A stretch of DNA of 64,000 nucleotides from Candidatus Omnitrophota bacterium (GTDB lineage Bacteria > Omnitrophota > Gorgyraeia > Zapsychrales > Fredricksoniimonadaceae): NCBI GenBank assembly GCA_903908245.1, contig CAIVRE010000015.1, positions 5,468-69,467 on the forward strand. The letters run 5' to 3'. Below are positions 40,707 to 51,995 of the stretch, one piece after another. The translations under genes were made by a program, and so were the position numbers. Within the stretch, counting starts at the first letter, position 1, and every line of letters starts with the position of its first letter. The notes beneath the pieces were generated by a model. That model searched no databases. It had not been told where the DNA came from and saw only the letters and a program-made list of their open reading frames with translations.

Positions 40707-41537
40707 ATGGATACGAACAATAAACTTTTTACGGTCGCGCTGGTCGCGCTGACCGCGGTGGTGGGCGGGTTGGGGGTTGTCTTCTCGGTCGGGATGGCCG
40801 TGCAGTCTTCGACGGCGCCCATGACGGCTGTCCTTCGGGAGATCGCGGATGGCCAAAAGAAGATGGACGTTCTGGTCGCCCAGGCCGGGAAGAATGACAT
40901 TAAGGCCCTTGAGTCCAGGCTGGCCGCGCTGGAGTCGGAAGTAAGGGTCCTGAAGGCCCAGCCTTCGCATGCCGGAATGCCTCAGCAGCCGCAGCCTCCG
41001 GCGGAAGATATGAACAAGGTGTACGATATCCCTGTTGCGGGATCGTATGTGCTCGGGTCAAAAGATGCGCCGGTGACCATTACTGTCTTTGATGATTATC
41101 AGTGCCCGTTCTGCGGCAGGTTCTATCCCGCGGCGGTCGAGGGGCAGAAGGCGTTCCCCGGCAAGGTGAAGATGGTCGTCAAACATTATCCTTTGCCGTT
41201 CCACAAGATGGCCCTTCCGGCGGCCAAAGCGGCGCTGGCGGCTGGCGAGCAGGGCAAGTTCTTTGAAATGTCCGACCTTATTTTTGCCAATGCGGCGGCT
41301 TTGAGTGATGAAAAGTTCAAGGAACTGGCGGGCCAGGCCGGGCTCAATGTTGAAAAGTTCCTTAAAGACCTTAAGGACAGGGATGCGGTCTATGCAAAGG
41401 TCATTGAAGCGGATCTTGACCTGGGCTCTAAAATAGATGTGCGTGGCACGCCGACCTATTTCCTGAACGGGAAAAAATGCAATGCCCGTACGGCGGATGA
41501 TTGGAAGGCCCAGATCGCGGAGCTGCTTAAAAAGTAA
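40707..41537 (+). CDS. DsbA-family thioredoxin-fold protein with TM anchor and coiled coil
   Basis: DYQCPFC, HYPL, GTPT. Confidence 0.9.
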   Translation: MDTNNKLFTVALVALTAVVGGLGVVFSVGMAVQSSTAPMTAVLREIADGQKKMDVLVAQAGKNDIKALESRLAALESEVRVLKAQPSHAGMPQQPQPPAEDMNKVYDIPVAGSYVLGSKDAPVTITVFDDYQCPFCGRFYPAAVEGQKAFPGKVKMVVKHYPLPFHKMALPAAKAALAAGEQGKFFEMSDLIFANAAALSDEKFKELAGQAGLNVEKFLKDLKDRDAVYAKVIEADLDLGSKIDVRGTPTYFLNGKKCNARTADDWKAQIAELLKK

Positions 41538-41627
41538 GTCCGCGAGTAAAAAAAGGTTGCTAAAAACAGTAAATAATGTATATTTGAGCGTCCAGTTGGG
41601 GATATAAAAAAATTAAGAGGAGTTTTT

Positions 41628-41993
41628 ATGGGCGGTAGAGTAGGTGGTTTATCTCATATCATGTACGCCGAGACATGCGGCGTTAAGGTTTCAGGCGGCC
41701 AGCGCGTGAAAGCCGGTACGGTTTTGACCCGCCAGGGAGACAGGTGGAAGCCCGGCGTCAATGTTATTGGCCGGATGCATCTTACGGCGGCTTGTGCGGG
41801 CGTGGTTTATTTTACCAAGAAGCGTATTCGCAAGACGGGCAAGGTAGATACGTTCCTTAATGTTCGTGCGGAAGGCCCGGAAGCGGCAGCGGCCAAGGTG
41901 ACTCCGACGGAGTCGAGAAAAGCCAAGATGTCGGCCAAGGTGGCGTATAAAGTCAGGGTTCCGTCTTACGTCGCGAAAAAAGCCAGGGCATAA
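41628..41993 (+). CDS. rpmA: Divergent 50S ribosomal protein L27 with basic C-terminal tail
   Basis: GVKVSGGQRVKAGTVLTRQ..PGVNV..G.V.F core; GAGGAG RBS. Confidence 0.75.
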   Translation: MGGRVGGLSHIMYAETCGVKVSGGQRVKAGTVLTRQGDRWKPGVNVIGRMHLTAACAGVVYFTKKRIRKTGKVDTFLNVRAEGPEAAAAKVTPTESRKAKMSAKVAYKVRVPSYVAKKARA

Positions 41994-42011
41994 ACAAAAG
42001 ACCGTTTGATT

Positions 42012-42062
42012 TTGAGACCACAGGTCCGTAGAATAGAAATATTCTGTGGTCTGTGGTCTTAA
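42012..42062 (+). other. Long hairpin with GAAA loop between rpmA and glmS
   Basis: agaccacag..ccgtagaata-GAAA-tattctgtgg..ctgtggtct. Confidence 0.6.
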
Positions 42063-42086
42063 CATTTTCAATCATATCGAGGTTTT

Positions 42087-43916
42087 ATGTGCGGGATCGT
42101 CGGTTATATCGGGAATAAGGATGCCCTTCCCTTCCTTATTGAGGGTTTGAAAAATCTTGAATACCGCGGTTACGATTCGAGCGGCGTCGGGTTGATCACG
42201 CCCGATGGCGGCCTTCAGGTCCGCAAGGAAAAAGGCAAGATCCGCTGCCTGGAAGACCTGCTGGCAAAGGATCCGGTCAAAAAAGCCCATATAGGCATTG
42301 CGCATACCCGCTGGGCCACGCACGGCGCGCCATGCCGGAAGAATTCCCATCCGCATACCAATTCCGGCGGGACCATTGCGGTGGTCCATAACGGGATCAT
42401 CGAGAATTACCAGTCGCTTAAGGCAGGACTGATCGCCAAGGGCGTCAGGTTCCTTTCCGATACCGATACCGAAGTTATCGGCCATTTGATCAACGAATAT
42501 TTTGAAGGCGACCTGGTCAAGGCTGTGCAGCGGGCTATTAGGGACCTGACAGGGGCTTTTGCGATCGGTGTTATTTCGTCGGATGACCCTTCCACCCTGG
42601 TTGCGGCGCGCGTGGGTTCGCCGCTGATCATCGGCGTGGGAGAGGGCGAGTATTTTATTGCGTCGGATGTTCCGGCCATTATTCGCCATACCCGCCGGGT
42701 CATTTACCTGAAAGACGGAGAGATGGCGGTCCTGCGCTCCGATGGCGTTGAGGTTATGACGTTCGCAGGGAAAAAAATGCCGTTCACCGTGGACAAGGTT
42801 ACTTTTCAGATGGATGCCGCCCAGAAGCAGGGCTATCCCCATTTTATGCTCAAGGAAATACATGAACAGCCCGAGGTGCTGAGGCAAATGGTTGCTTTGC
42901 GGCTCAAGGGCGGGCATGTGACGCTCGATGGCCTTGGGATCTCCGATCGCAAGCTCAAGTCTTTCACGCGCATTAAAGTGGTGGCATGCGGGACGGCGTA
43001 TCATGCCGGCCTGGTCGGGCGGTATATTATTGAAGAGCTGGCCAGGGTGCCGGTGGAGGTGGATGTTTCGAGTGAATTTCGTTATCGATCGCCCATCGTG
43101 GACAAGAGAACACTTTTGATCGCGGTGAGCCAGTCGGGTGAGACGGCCGATACGCTGGCTGCGGTGCGCGAGGCGCGCGCGCGGGGCGCTTCGGTCGTTT
43201 CCATATGCAATGTGATCGGTTCCTCGCTGGCGCGTGAGTCGGCGGGGGTCCTCTATACGCACGCCGGCCCGGAAATAGGCGTGGCGTCCACCAAAGCCTA
43301 TACGGCCCAGCTGATGATGTTCTATCTTCTGGCCATCAAGCTGGCGGAAGTTCACGGCGGAGTGGATGTCAAGGAGCGCGTGAAGTTCGCCAAAGACCTT
43401 GCGGCGGTCCCGGGGCTGATCAGGGAAATATTGAAGAACGCGAAGCATATTGCCAGGGTCGCCAGGAAACATTCGCATTACGGCTGTTTTCTGTATCTGG
43501 GGCGCAATATCAATTATCCGTCCGCCCTGGAAGGCGCGCTCAAGCTCAAGGAGATCTCGTATATTCCGGCGGAAGGTTACGCGGCGGGTGAAATGAAGCA
43601 TGGGCCTATTGCCTTGATCGACGAGTACCGGGCGGTCGTCTGTATCGCGCCGCAATCGGATATTTACGAGAAGATGATCTCGAACATCCAGGAGATCCTC
43701 TCGCGCAAGGGCAAGGTCATTGCCATTGCGACGGAAGGCGACGCCTTGATCCAGCAGCATGCCACCAAGGTCATTTATATCCCCAGGACGCATAAACTGT
43801 TGACGCCGCTTTTGGCGATCATCCCTTTGCAGCTTCTGGCGTATTACATTGCGGTCAATCGCGGATGCGATGTGGACCAGCCGCGCAACCTGGCAAAGTC
43901 CGTGACCGTGGAATAA
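42087..43916 (+). CDS. glmS: Glutamine-fructose-6-phosphate transaminase
   Basis: MCGIVG, EYRGYDS, HTRWATHG, SQSGET, PRNLAKSVTVE. Confidence 0.98.
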   Translation: MCGIVGYIGNKDALPFLIEGLKNLEYRGYDSSGVGLITPDGGLQVRKEKGKIRCLEDLLAKDPVKKAHIGIAHTRWATHGAPCRKNSHPHTNSGGTIAVVHNGIIENYQSLKAGLIAKGVRFLSDTDTEVIGHLINEYFEGDLVKAVQRAIRDLTGAFAIGVISSDDPSTLVAARVGSPLIIGVGEGEYFIASDVPAIIRHTRRVIYLKDGEMAVLRSDGVEVMTFAGKKMPFTVDKVTFQMDAAQKQGYPHFMLKEIHEQPEVLRQMVALRLKGGHVTLDGLGISDRKLKSFTRIKVVACGTAYHAGLVGRYIIEELARVPVEVDVSSEFRYRSPIVDKRTLLIAVSQSGETADTLAAVREARARGASVVSICNVIGSSLARESAGVLYTHAGPEIGVASTKAYTAQLMMFYLLAIKLAEVHGGVDVKERVKFAKDLAAVPGLIREILKNAKHIARVARKHSHYGCFLYLGRNINYPSALEGALKLKEISYIPAEGYAAGEMKHGPIALIDEYRAVVCIAPQSDIYEKMISNIQEILSRKGKVIAIATEGDALIQQHATKVIYIPRTHKLLTPLLAIIPLQLLAYYIAVNRGCDVDQPRNLAKSVTVE

Positions 43917-44575
43917 TGTTATACATCGTCTCCACTCCCATCGGGAATTTGAAGGACATTACGCTGCGCGCGATCGAGGTCCTCAAAAGCGTGGATCTGA
44001 TCGCCGCCGAGGATACCCGTCATACGGGTGTTTTGTGCAAAGAGTATGGCATTACCGCGCCCCTCACCAGTTATTTCGACCATAATGAAAGCGGCAAGGC
44101 CCGCCAGCTGGTGGAGCTGCTCAAAGCGGGAAAGAATATTGCGCTGGTATCAGATGCCGGGACGCCCGGTATTAATGATCCCGGGTATCGCCTGGTGAGC
44201 CTGGCGAAAGCGGAGAATGTCCCGATGGAGGTCATTCCCGGAGCCTGTGCCGTGATCGCGGCGTTGTCGTTGTCGGCCCTTCCGACGGACAGGTTCGCGT
44301 TCTACGGGTTTTTGCCGGTCAAGCCCGGTGCCCGGCGCAAAAGGATCGCGCAGGCCGCCGAGGCGGGAGGGACCGCGATCTTTTATGAGTCACCGCATCG
44401 TTTGCTTAAAGCATTGAAGGATATTGAGGAAGTCTTGAAGGACCCGTCCATTACCGTAGCTCGTGAGCTTACTAAAAAATTCGAGGAGCGCCTGGATGGG
44501 AAAGCCAGCACGCTCCTCGATCATTTTACCCGCCATAAGCCTTTGGGCGAGTTCGTGATATTATTTCATGTTTGA
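43916..44575 (+). CDS. rsmI: 16S rRNA C1402 2'-O-methyltransferase
   Basis: TPIGNL.DIT.RA, AEDTR, SDAGTP.I.DPG, YESPHR, ARELTK. Confidence 0.95.
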   Translation: MLYIVSTPIGNLKDITLRAIEVLKSVDLIAAEDTRHTGVLCKEYGITAPLTSYFDHNESGKARQLVELLKAGKNIALVSDAGTPGINDPGYRLVSLAKAENVPMEVIPGACAVIAALSLSALPTDRFAFYGFLPVKPGARRKRIAQAAEAGGTAIFYESPHRLLKALKDIEEVLKDPSITVARELTKKFEERLDGKASTLLDHFTRHKPLGEFVILFHV

Positions 44576-45364
44576 TGCCGCGGGGGCAGTGGTTTTTTCT
44601 GCCTGATGAACGGGTTTTGTCCCCGTTTTCTTGTCGATTTTACACATCTTTTGTCCCTGTTTCTTTTCCAGTTTATCCAGCCGGGCCGTGAGCACATCGA
44701 TCTGTTTTTGCTGGTCCTTGATCCCCTCGACCAGCAAGCCGACCAACCCGTCGTAGTTGATGCCTCTCATTCCCTTGTTGTCGATCGAAACGACTTCCGG
44801 AACGATCGGCTCCACATCCTGGGCGATGAGGCCCATCCGGACCGTTTTGGGGTCTTGCTTGAAGGCGAATGTAACGCCGTTCATGGCTTTGATCTTCTTT
44901 AGTGCGTCGATGATGGGCTGGATCTTCTCTTTCAAACGCCTGTCTGACGATGTCGTAAAGGCAAGGGCGAAGACTGTCCTGTAAAAGAGACTGTCGATAT
45001 TTTTGACATAAAGATTACCTTGTTGGCGTATGTAGAAGTCACCGGCTCCCGACGGGTCGTAGAGAAAATTGGCATTGCTTCCGCCAAGCCTGAGCGTATC
45101 CCCTGTGATGGTAACGTTCCCGGTCACGAACAGTTTGTCCGTCGGGTTGGAGGTGCCGATGCCGACATTGCCTTCCACGATCAACCGGTCACCGGGGACG
45201 CCGGTGGTGGTATAAGTGGTCCCGACCGATAATTTGGCGTAGTTCCCTGCCGGGGCGGGGTAATTGGATGTCAGGGTGACCGTGCCGGCGGCAAGCCCGG
45301 AGCGGGGACAACAGAGCAAGGACAGGCCAAGGATCGCTAAAGTGAGAACGGGCAGTGGTTTCAT
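44561..45364 (-). CDS. Secreted tail-fibre-like protein with C-terminal intramolecular chaperone (peptidase S74) domain
   Basis: Signal peptide, GNVGIGT, SDRRLKEKI, GLIAQDVE..PEVV, NYDGL..LVEGIK coiled coil. Confidence 0.88.
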   Translation of the reverse strand: MKPLPVLTLAILGLSLLCCPRSGLAAGTVTLTSNYPAPAGNYAKLSVGTTYTTTGVPGDRLIVEGNVGIGTSNPTDKLFVTGNVTITGDTLRLGGSNANFLYDPSGAGDFYIRQQGNLYVKNIDSLFYRTVFALAFTTSSDRRLKEKIQPIIDALKKIKAMNGVTFAFKQDPKTVRMGLIAQDVEPIVPEVVSIDNKGMRGINYDGLVGLLVEGIKDQQKQIDVLTARLDKLEKKQGQKMCKIDKKTGTKPVHQAEKTTAPAASNMK

Positions 45365-45443
45365 GGAACCTCCGGACAGAATTAACAGTTAACCTCTGGA
45401 TAATATATTAACGCCAGAAATTCTGCCGTCAACTTATATCCGC

Positions 45444-45472
45444 TTGACAAAAAGGGCGGCGAGTGTTATTCT
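45444..45472 (+). promoter_or_regulatory. Sigma70 promoter of the pyr operon
   Basis: TTGACA-17nt-TATTCT with extended -10 TG. Confidence 0.8.
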
Positions 45473-45485
45473 TTACGAAATTAAA

Positions 45486-47074
<1,589 letters not shown>

Positions 47075-47087
47075 AAAAGGTGGGCCA

Positions 47088-47675
47088 ATGAACGAGCTGG
47101 GTCCTGTTCCTGAATTGAAAACGGCCGGTAGTGAGTATGCCTTGCCCATTCTTTGGGGCGGCGGGATCGTTATTTTTATGGGGCTCGTTTTTCTGGTTAT
47201 GGGCGTCAGTGTGTTCAGCAAGGCGGTGGTGACGCAGGACTGGGTCCGTGTCAAGGGGAAGATCGTTTCTTCGGGTGAAGCTGTTCAGAGCCGGCTGGTG
47301 ACCGACATGACCAATAATGCCGATGGCATGACGAGCACCACGACAGGAACGATGACCTACAGTGTTAATGTCGTCTATGAGTATCAATTTCAGGGAAAGA
47401 ATTATACTGGCAGCCAGATCGGCCTTTCTTCGGTGGATTTTTCAAACAGGGCCGCGGCGCAGCGCAAGGCGTCCCAGTATTCTTCAGGGGGCGAGGTCAG
47501 CGTTTTTGTGCATCCTTCTGTCCCGGAAGAATCGATCCTGGAGCGCGAGGAGAGCGGGGTCGCGCTTGGTTTTCTCCTGACGGGGATACTGTTCGGCCTG
47601 CTGGGGATCTGGGGGATCAGTTATCTTCCGGCCATGATCGCCCTGTTGGTGCTTGAACACCAGGGAACGCGTTAG
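47088..47675 (+). CDS. DUF3592-like membrane protein
   Basis: TM, W..V.G.I, YEYQFQGKNYTG, V.V.V.P..P..S.L, TM. Confidence 0.75.
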   Translation: MNELGPVPELKTAGSEYALPILWGGGIVIFMGLVFLVMGVSVFSKAVVTQDWVRVKGKIVSSGEAVQSRLVTDMTNNADGMTSTTTGTMTYSVNVVYEYQFQGKNYTGSQIGLSSVDFSNRAAAQRKASQYSSGGEVSVFVHPSVPEESILEREESGVALGFLLTGILFGLLGIWGISYLPAMIALLVLEHQGTR

Positions 47676-47727
47676 GTTTATCATGAATAAAGCCGGAGAG
47701 ATGACATAATACGCAGCCAGGTAAAGG

Positions 47728-49032
47728 ATGACCATGAATGTTTTGATCAAGCATGCCACGATCGTTAATGCTTCCGGTGAGGCGCCGGTTGTGCAGGATA
47801 TTTTTATTGAAGAAGGGAAGATCACCGGGATCGGTCCGTCCATCAAGAGGGACGGGGTCCGGGAGATCGATGCCGCGGGGAAAAAAGTGATACCGGGGCT
47901 CATTGACCTGCATGTGCATTTGCGCGAGCCCGGCCGTGAGGACAAGGAGACCATTGAGACCGGGTCCCGCGCGGCGGTGAAGGGCGGGTTCACGACGATC
48001 TTTTGCATGCCCAATACGGCCCCCGCGATCGATACCGCGCAGGTGGTGCAATACATTCTTGACCAGGCCAAGAAGGTGGGGCTGGTGAATGTGTATCCTG
48101 TCGGCGCTATCACCAAAGGGCGTGAAGGCAGGGAGATCACCGAGATGATGGACCTCCGGCGGGCCGGATGCCTGGGCGTTTCCGATGACGGCAGGAGCCT
48201 GATGAACGCAGGCTTGATGCGCCGGGCTCTGGAATATGCGAAGATGGCGGGATTGCTGGTGATGCAGCATTGCGAGGATGATCATCTTTCTGCCAAAGGC
48301 GTGATGAATGAAGGCGCGCTTTCGACTTTGCTTGGGCTTAAAGGCGACCCTCTTATTGCCGAGACGGTCATTATCGCGCGTGACATTGAGATCGCGCGGT
48401 ACCTGGGGACGCGGGTGCATTTCATGCATATCAGCGCGGCACGGTCGGTGGAGCTGATCCGCCGGGCCAAGGCGGAGGGGGTCCTGGTTTCCTGCGAGGC
48501 GACCCCGCATCATTTTACTTTGACGGAGGATGCCGTAAAGTCGTTTGACACTTCGACGAAAGTCAATCCGCCCTTGCGCAGCCAGACGGATGTGCAGGCG
48601 ATCAAGGCGGGTTTGAAGGATGGCACGATCGATTGCATCGTGACCGATCACGCGCCGCATACGCATGAGGACAAGGAAGTGGAATATGATGGCGCTCCGC
48701 CCGGCCTTATCGGGCTGGAGACGGCGTTCGCGCTGGCGATAAAGGAACTGGTGGCGGGCGGTATTTTGACCCTGCCGCAACTCATTGAGAAAATGTCCGC
48801 CGGGCCGGCGCGGATCATGGGGTTCCTGAACAAAGGCGAGATCCTTGTCGGGAAAGATGCGGATATTGCGATCGTGGATATGGACCGTGAATGGAAAGTC
48901 ACCAAAGAGGACATGGTTTCCAAATCAAAGAATTCTCCTTTTATGGGATGGACATTGAAGGGCCGCGTGATGGCCACCATTTGCGGCGGCAAGGTGGTTT
49001 ATACGGATCGTTGCGGGAATGACCGGCAATGA
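47728..49032 (+). CDS. pyrC: Dihydroorotase
   Basis: DLHVHLREPG, MPNT, KVNPPLR, TDHAPH, SKNSPF. Confidence 0.96.
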   Translation: MTMNVLIKHATIVNASGEAPVVQDIFIEEGKITGIGPSIKRDGVREIDAAGKKVIPGLIDLHVHLREPGREDKETIETGSRAAVKGGFTTIFCMPNTAPAIDTAQVVQYILDQAKKVGLVNVYPVGAITKGREGREITEMMDLRRAGCLGVSDDGRSLMNAGLMRRALEYAKMAGLLVMQHCEDDHLSAKGVMNEGALSTLLGLKGDPLIAETVIIARDIEIARYLGTRVHFMHISAARSVELIRRAKAEGVLVSCEATPHHFTLTEDAVKSFDTSTKVNPPLRSQTDVQAIKAGLKDGTIDCIVTDHAPHTHEDKEVEYDGAPPGLIGLETAFALAIKELVAGGILTLPQLIEKMSAGPARIMGFLNKGEILVGKDADIAIVDMDREWKVTKEDMVSKSKNSPFMGWTLKGRVMATICGGKVVYTDRCGNDRQ

Positions 49033-49799
49033 AAAAGATCCAGGACAGATATAAAGTCGTCGGTGTTAATAAAGTGAACGATGTTTATTTCCGCCTTGTG
49101 CTTGACGCGCCGGCGCTCGCCAGAGAGGTAAAACCGGGGCAGTTCATCCATATCAAGGTCTCCGACGGCCTTGAGCCGTTATTCCGCAGGCCGTTCAGTG
49201 TTTTTCGGGCGAAAGCCGGGAAAGTGGAGGTCTTTTTTGAGCCGGTGGGCAAGGGGTCTAAATTGCTCGCGGCAAAGGAAAAAGGCGATATCCTTGATGT
49301 CCTTGGGCCTTTGGGGCGGCCGTTCACGCTTCCAAGTAAAAGTGTGAAGCAGGTCGTTTTTATCGGCGGAGGCATTGGCGTTGCTCCGTTCCTGCTGTTT
49401 TCGGACATATTGTTGAAACATAAAGCCGAGAAGGTCCTTCTTTATGGCGGGCGGAGCAGGGCGCATACGTTCTCGATGGCAGGATTTAAAGCCAACGGTG
49501 TAAAAACATTTGTTGCAACGGATGACGGCTCTGTCGGCGTGAAGGGCCGCGTGTCGGAGCTGTTTGACAAGATCGATATCGCGCCGACGACCTTTATTTA
49601 CGCCTGCGGGCCAAGGCCGATGATGGCCACGGTGGCCGCGTTCGCCCGGGAAAAGAACTTGAGCGGAGAAGCATCGATGGAAGAAGTGATGGCCTGCGGC
49701 CTGGGTGCTTGCCTGGGTTGTTCTATATCGACGACGAAAGGGTATCAGACCGTGTGCCACGATGGGCCGGTCTTCGGCCTGGAAGCGCTGGTGTTTTGA
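49029..49799 (+). CDS. pyrK: Dihydroorotate dehydrogenase electron transfer subunit
   Basis: RRPFS, GGGIG, CGP, MACGLGACLGC, CHDGPVF. Confidence 0.94.
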   Translation: MKKIQDRYKVVGVNKVNDVYFRLVLDAPALAREVKPGQFIHIKVSDGLEPLFRRPFSVFRAKAGKVEVFFEPVGKGSKLLAAKEKGDILDVLGPLGRPFTLPSKSVKQVVFIGGGIGVAPFLLFSDILLKHKAEKVLLYGGRSRAHTFSMAGFKANGVKTFVATDDGSVGVKGRVSELFDKIDIAPTTFIYACGPRPMMATVAAFAREKNLSGEASMEEVMACGLGACLGCSISTTKGYQTVCHDGPVFGLEALVF

Positions 49800-50161
49800 T
49801 GGTGCACTTTTTGTTGTTGATCCTGCTGGGTTTGGCCGGTGGTTTTGTTGGCGGAATGTTTGGGATCGGAGGCGGAGTTCTGGTCGTTCCGGCCCTGGTT
49901 CTTTTTTTCGGGTTTTCCCAGCATATGGCCCAGGGAACGATGATCATGACGTTTATTTTGCCGTCGTTCTTGTTGGCCGCATGGACTTATTATAAAGCCG
50001 GGAATGTTAATTTGCCTGTTGCCCTCCTGATCGCGCTGGGAATGCTGGCGGGGACTTTTCTGGGGGCGACCTATGCGCATACGCTCTCAACGCCAGTGCT
50101 TAAGAAATGTTTTGGTGCTTTAGTGATCGTAGTCGGCTTAAGGATGATCCTGGGGAAGTAA
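49799..50161 (+). CDS. Half-size TauE/SafE-family membrane protein
   Basis: GMFGIGGG..VP, AQGT, about 4 TM in 120 aa. Confidence 0.85.
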   Translation: MVHFLLLILLGLAGGFVGGMFGIGGGVLVVPALVLFFGFSQHMAQGTMIMTFILPSFLLAAWTYYKAGNVNLPVALLIALGMLAGTFLGATYAHTLSTPVLKKCFGALVIVVGLRMILGK

Positions 50162-50164
50162 ATT

Positions 50165-51070
50165 ATGAATCTTATTGTCAAGATCGGAACAGCGGTGTTC
50201 CCTAATCCAGTTACCGTGGCGTCCGGGACATTCGGCCATGCCGAGGAATTTTACGGGCAGGAAGAAGTCAAGAGGCTGGGGGCCCTTGTTCCCAAGACGG
50301 TGACCTTGCAGGCCCAGCAGGGCAACCCCCCGACGCGCATTTGTGAGACTCCGGCGGGAATGATCAATGCCATCGGGATCGAGAATCCGGGGATCGACCG
50401 GTTTATCGACGAGAAATTGCCGAAGTTAAAAGCGACAGGCGTGCCGTTGATCGTCAGTATTTCCGCTCATAGTGAAGATGACTTTGCATTGATGGTCGAA
50501 AAGCTGAACGCAGCCGGTGGTTTGAGCGCGGTCGAGCTTAATTTGTCTTGCCCGAACCTTCAGAAGAAAGTGCTGGTGGCGCAATCGGCGGAAGCGACAT
50601 TTGCCGTAGTGCGCCGCGTCAAAGAAGTTTCGAAGTACCCGGTCATTGCCAAACTTTCGCCCAATGTCACGGATATTGCCGCGATCGCATTAGCGGCCGA
50701 AGAGGCAGGGGCGGATGGCATCAGCATGGTCAATACGTTCATGGCTATGGCGATCGATATCAGAAAACGCTGTTCGCGGATCGGGAATTTTACCGGAGGG
50801 CTTTCCGGACCGGCGATACGCCCCATTGCGGTGCGTATGGTGTGCGAGACCGCTGCAAAGGTGAAGATCCCCATTATCGGGATGGGGGGCATTACGAATG
50901 CGGATGATGCGCTGGAATTTCTTATTGCCGGCGCTTCGATGGTGGCGGTGGGGACTTACAATTTTGTGGACCCTCGCGCGCCGTTGGCGGTTCTCGACGG
51001 TATTAAGGCATATATGAAGGCCAACAAGATGACAGATATCCGTGAATTGATCGGGAGTATCCGGCGATGA
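50165..51070 (+). CDS. pyrD: Dihydroorotate dehydrogenase 1B catalytic subunit
   Basis: ASGTFG, NLSCPN, KLSPN, GGLSGPAIRP. Confidence 0.96.
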   Translation: MNLIVKIGTAVFPNPVTVASGTFGHAEEFYGQEEVKRLGALVPKTVTLQAQQGNPPTRICETPAGMINAIGIENPGIDRFIDEKLPKLKATGVPLIVSISAHSEDDFALMVEKLNAAGGLSAVELNLSCPNLQKKVLVAQSAEATFAVVRRVKEVSKYPVIAKLSPNVTDIAAIALAAEEAGADGISMVNTFMAMAIDIRKRCSRIGNFTGGLSGPAIRPIAVRMVCETAAKVKIPIIGMGGITNADDALEFLIAGASMVAVGTYNFVDPRAPLAVLDGIKAYMKANKMTDIRELIGSIRR

Positions 51071-51819
51071 AAGCTAAAGACAGGCTGATCCTGGCCCTGG
51101 ATGTCCCCACATTTGAAGAAGCGCGCGGGATCGTTGAATCTGTTGGCGATGCTGTTGAGATCTACAAGGTCGGGTTCCAGTTATTCACGGCGTATGGCCC
51201 GTTCATAGTGCGTTATTTGCAGGCGCAGGGCAAAAAGGTTTTCTTGGACCTGAAATTCCATGATATTCCCAATACGGTGGCCAGCGGGGTTTCATCGGCG
51301 GTGGGGTTAAGCGTTCCGGTGCATCAGGCGCTGGACGGAGCGGGGGTCAGGACGGAAAAATTCGCGCCGTTGTTCATGATGACCGTTCATGTCCAGGGTG
51401 GTATTGAAATGATGCGGGCCGCGGCCGATGCCGCGCGCAAGCGCGCGCTTGAGCTGGGTGTGCCCGGGCCTTTGATCGTGGGCGTGACGGTATTGACAAG
51501 TGATGCCGCCGCGGGTAACATGGCCCGCGTTGTGCTGGAACGGGCGGTTTTGGCGCAGGAGGCCGGGCTTGATGGCGTGGTATCTTCCGCACAGGAGGCC
51601 GCCATGCTGCGCCGGGAGATGGGCAGGGATTTTGTTCTGGTTACGCCCGGGATCCGTCCCGCGGCCGCTGATGCCGGTGACCAGAAGCGGGTTGAAACGC
51701 CCGCCAGCGCGATCAGGGCCGGCGCGAATTTCCTGGTGATCGGCCGCCCGATCGTGAAGGCCGGGGATCCGCGCGGGGCCGCGTTAAAGATCCTGGAAGA
51801 AATTCAGGGCGTGTTATAA
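51067..51819 (+). CDS. pyrF: Orotidine-5'-phosphate decarboxylase
   Basis: DLKFHDIPNT, VTVLTS, TPGIRP, DQKR, GRPI. Confidence 0.96.
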   Translation: MKAKDRLILALDVPTFEEARGIVESVGDAVEIYKVGFQLFTAYGPFIVRYLQAQGKKVFLDLKFHDIPNTVASGVSSAVGLSVPVHQALDGAGVRTEKFAPLFMMTVHVQGGIEMMRAAADAARKRALELGVPGPLIVGVTVLTSDAAAGNMARVVLERAVLAQEAGLDGVVSSAQEAAMLRREMGRDFVLVTPGIRPAAADAGDQKRVETPASAIRAGANFLVIGRPIVKAGDPRGAALKILEEIQGVL

Positions 51820-51833
51820 TCTTTTGTTATTTC

Positions 51834-51907
51834 GGGCGGTTAGCTCAGTTGGTTAGAGCAGTTGATTTACATTCAACAGGCCACAGGTTCGAGCCCTGTA
51901 CTGCCCA
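51834..51907 (+). tRNA. tRNA-Val(TAC), CCA not encoded
   Basis: GGGCGGT/ACTGCCC acceptor, GTTGA-TTTACAT-TCAAC, TTCGAGC. Confidence 0.94.
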
Positions 51908-51995
51908 TATTCTTGTTTTTGACCGGAGAGTTAAGCGGGTTTAAAAAAATTCTTTACAATTGCGGGGTGGATAAGTAAACTAGCGAAGATTTTTT

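Noticed and set aside
41994-42086. glmS ribozyme
   Set aside because: The spacer is under 100 nt and lacks the AGCGCC and GACGAGG core.
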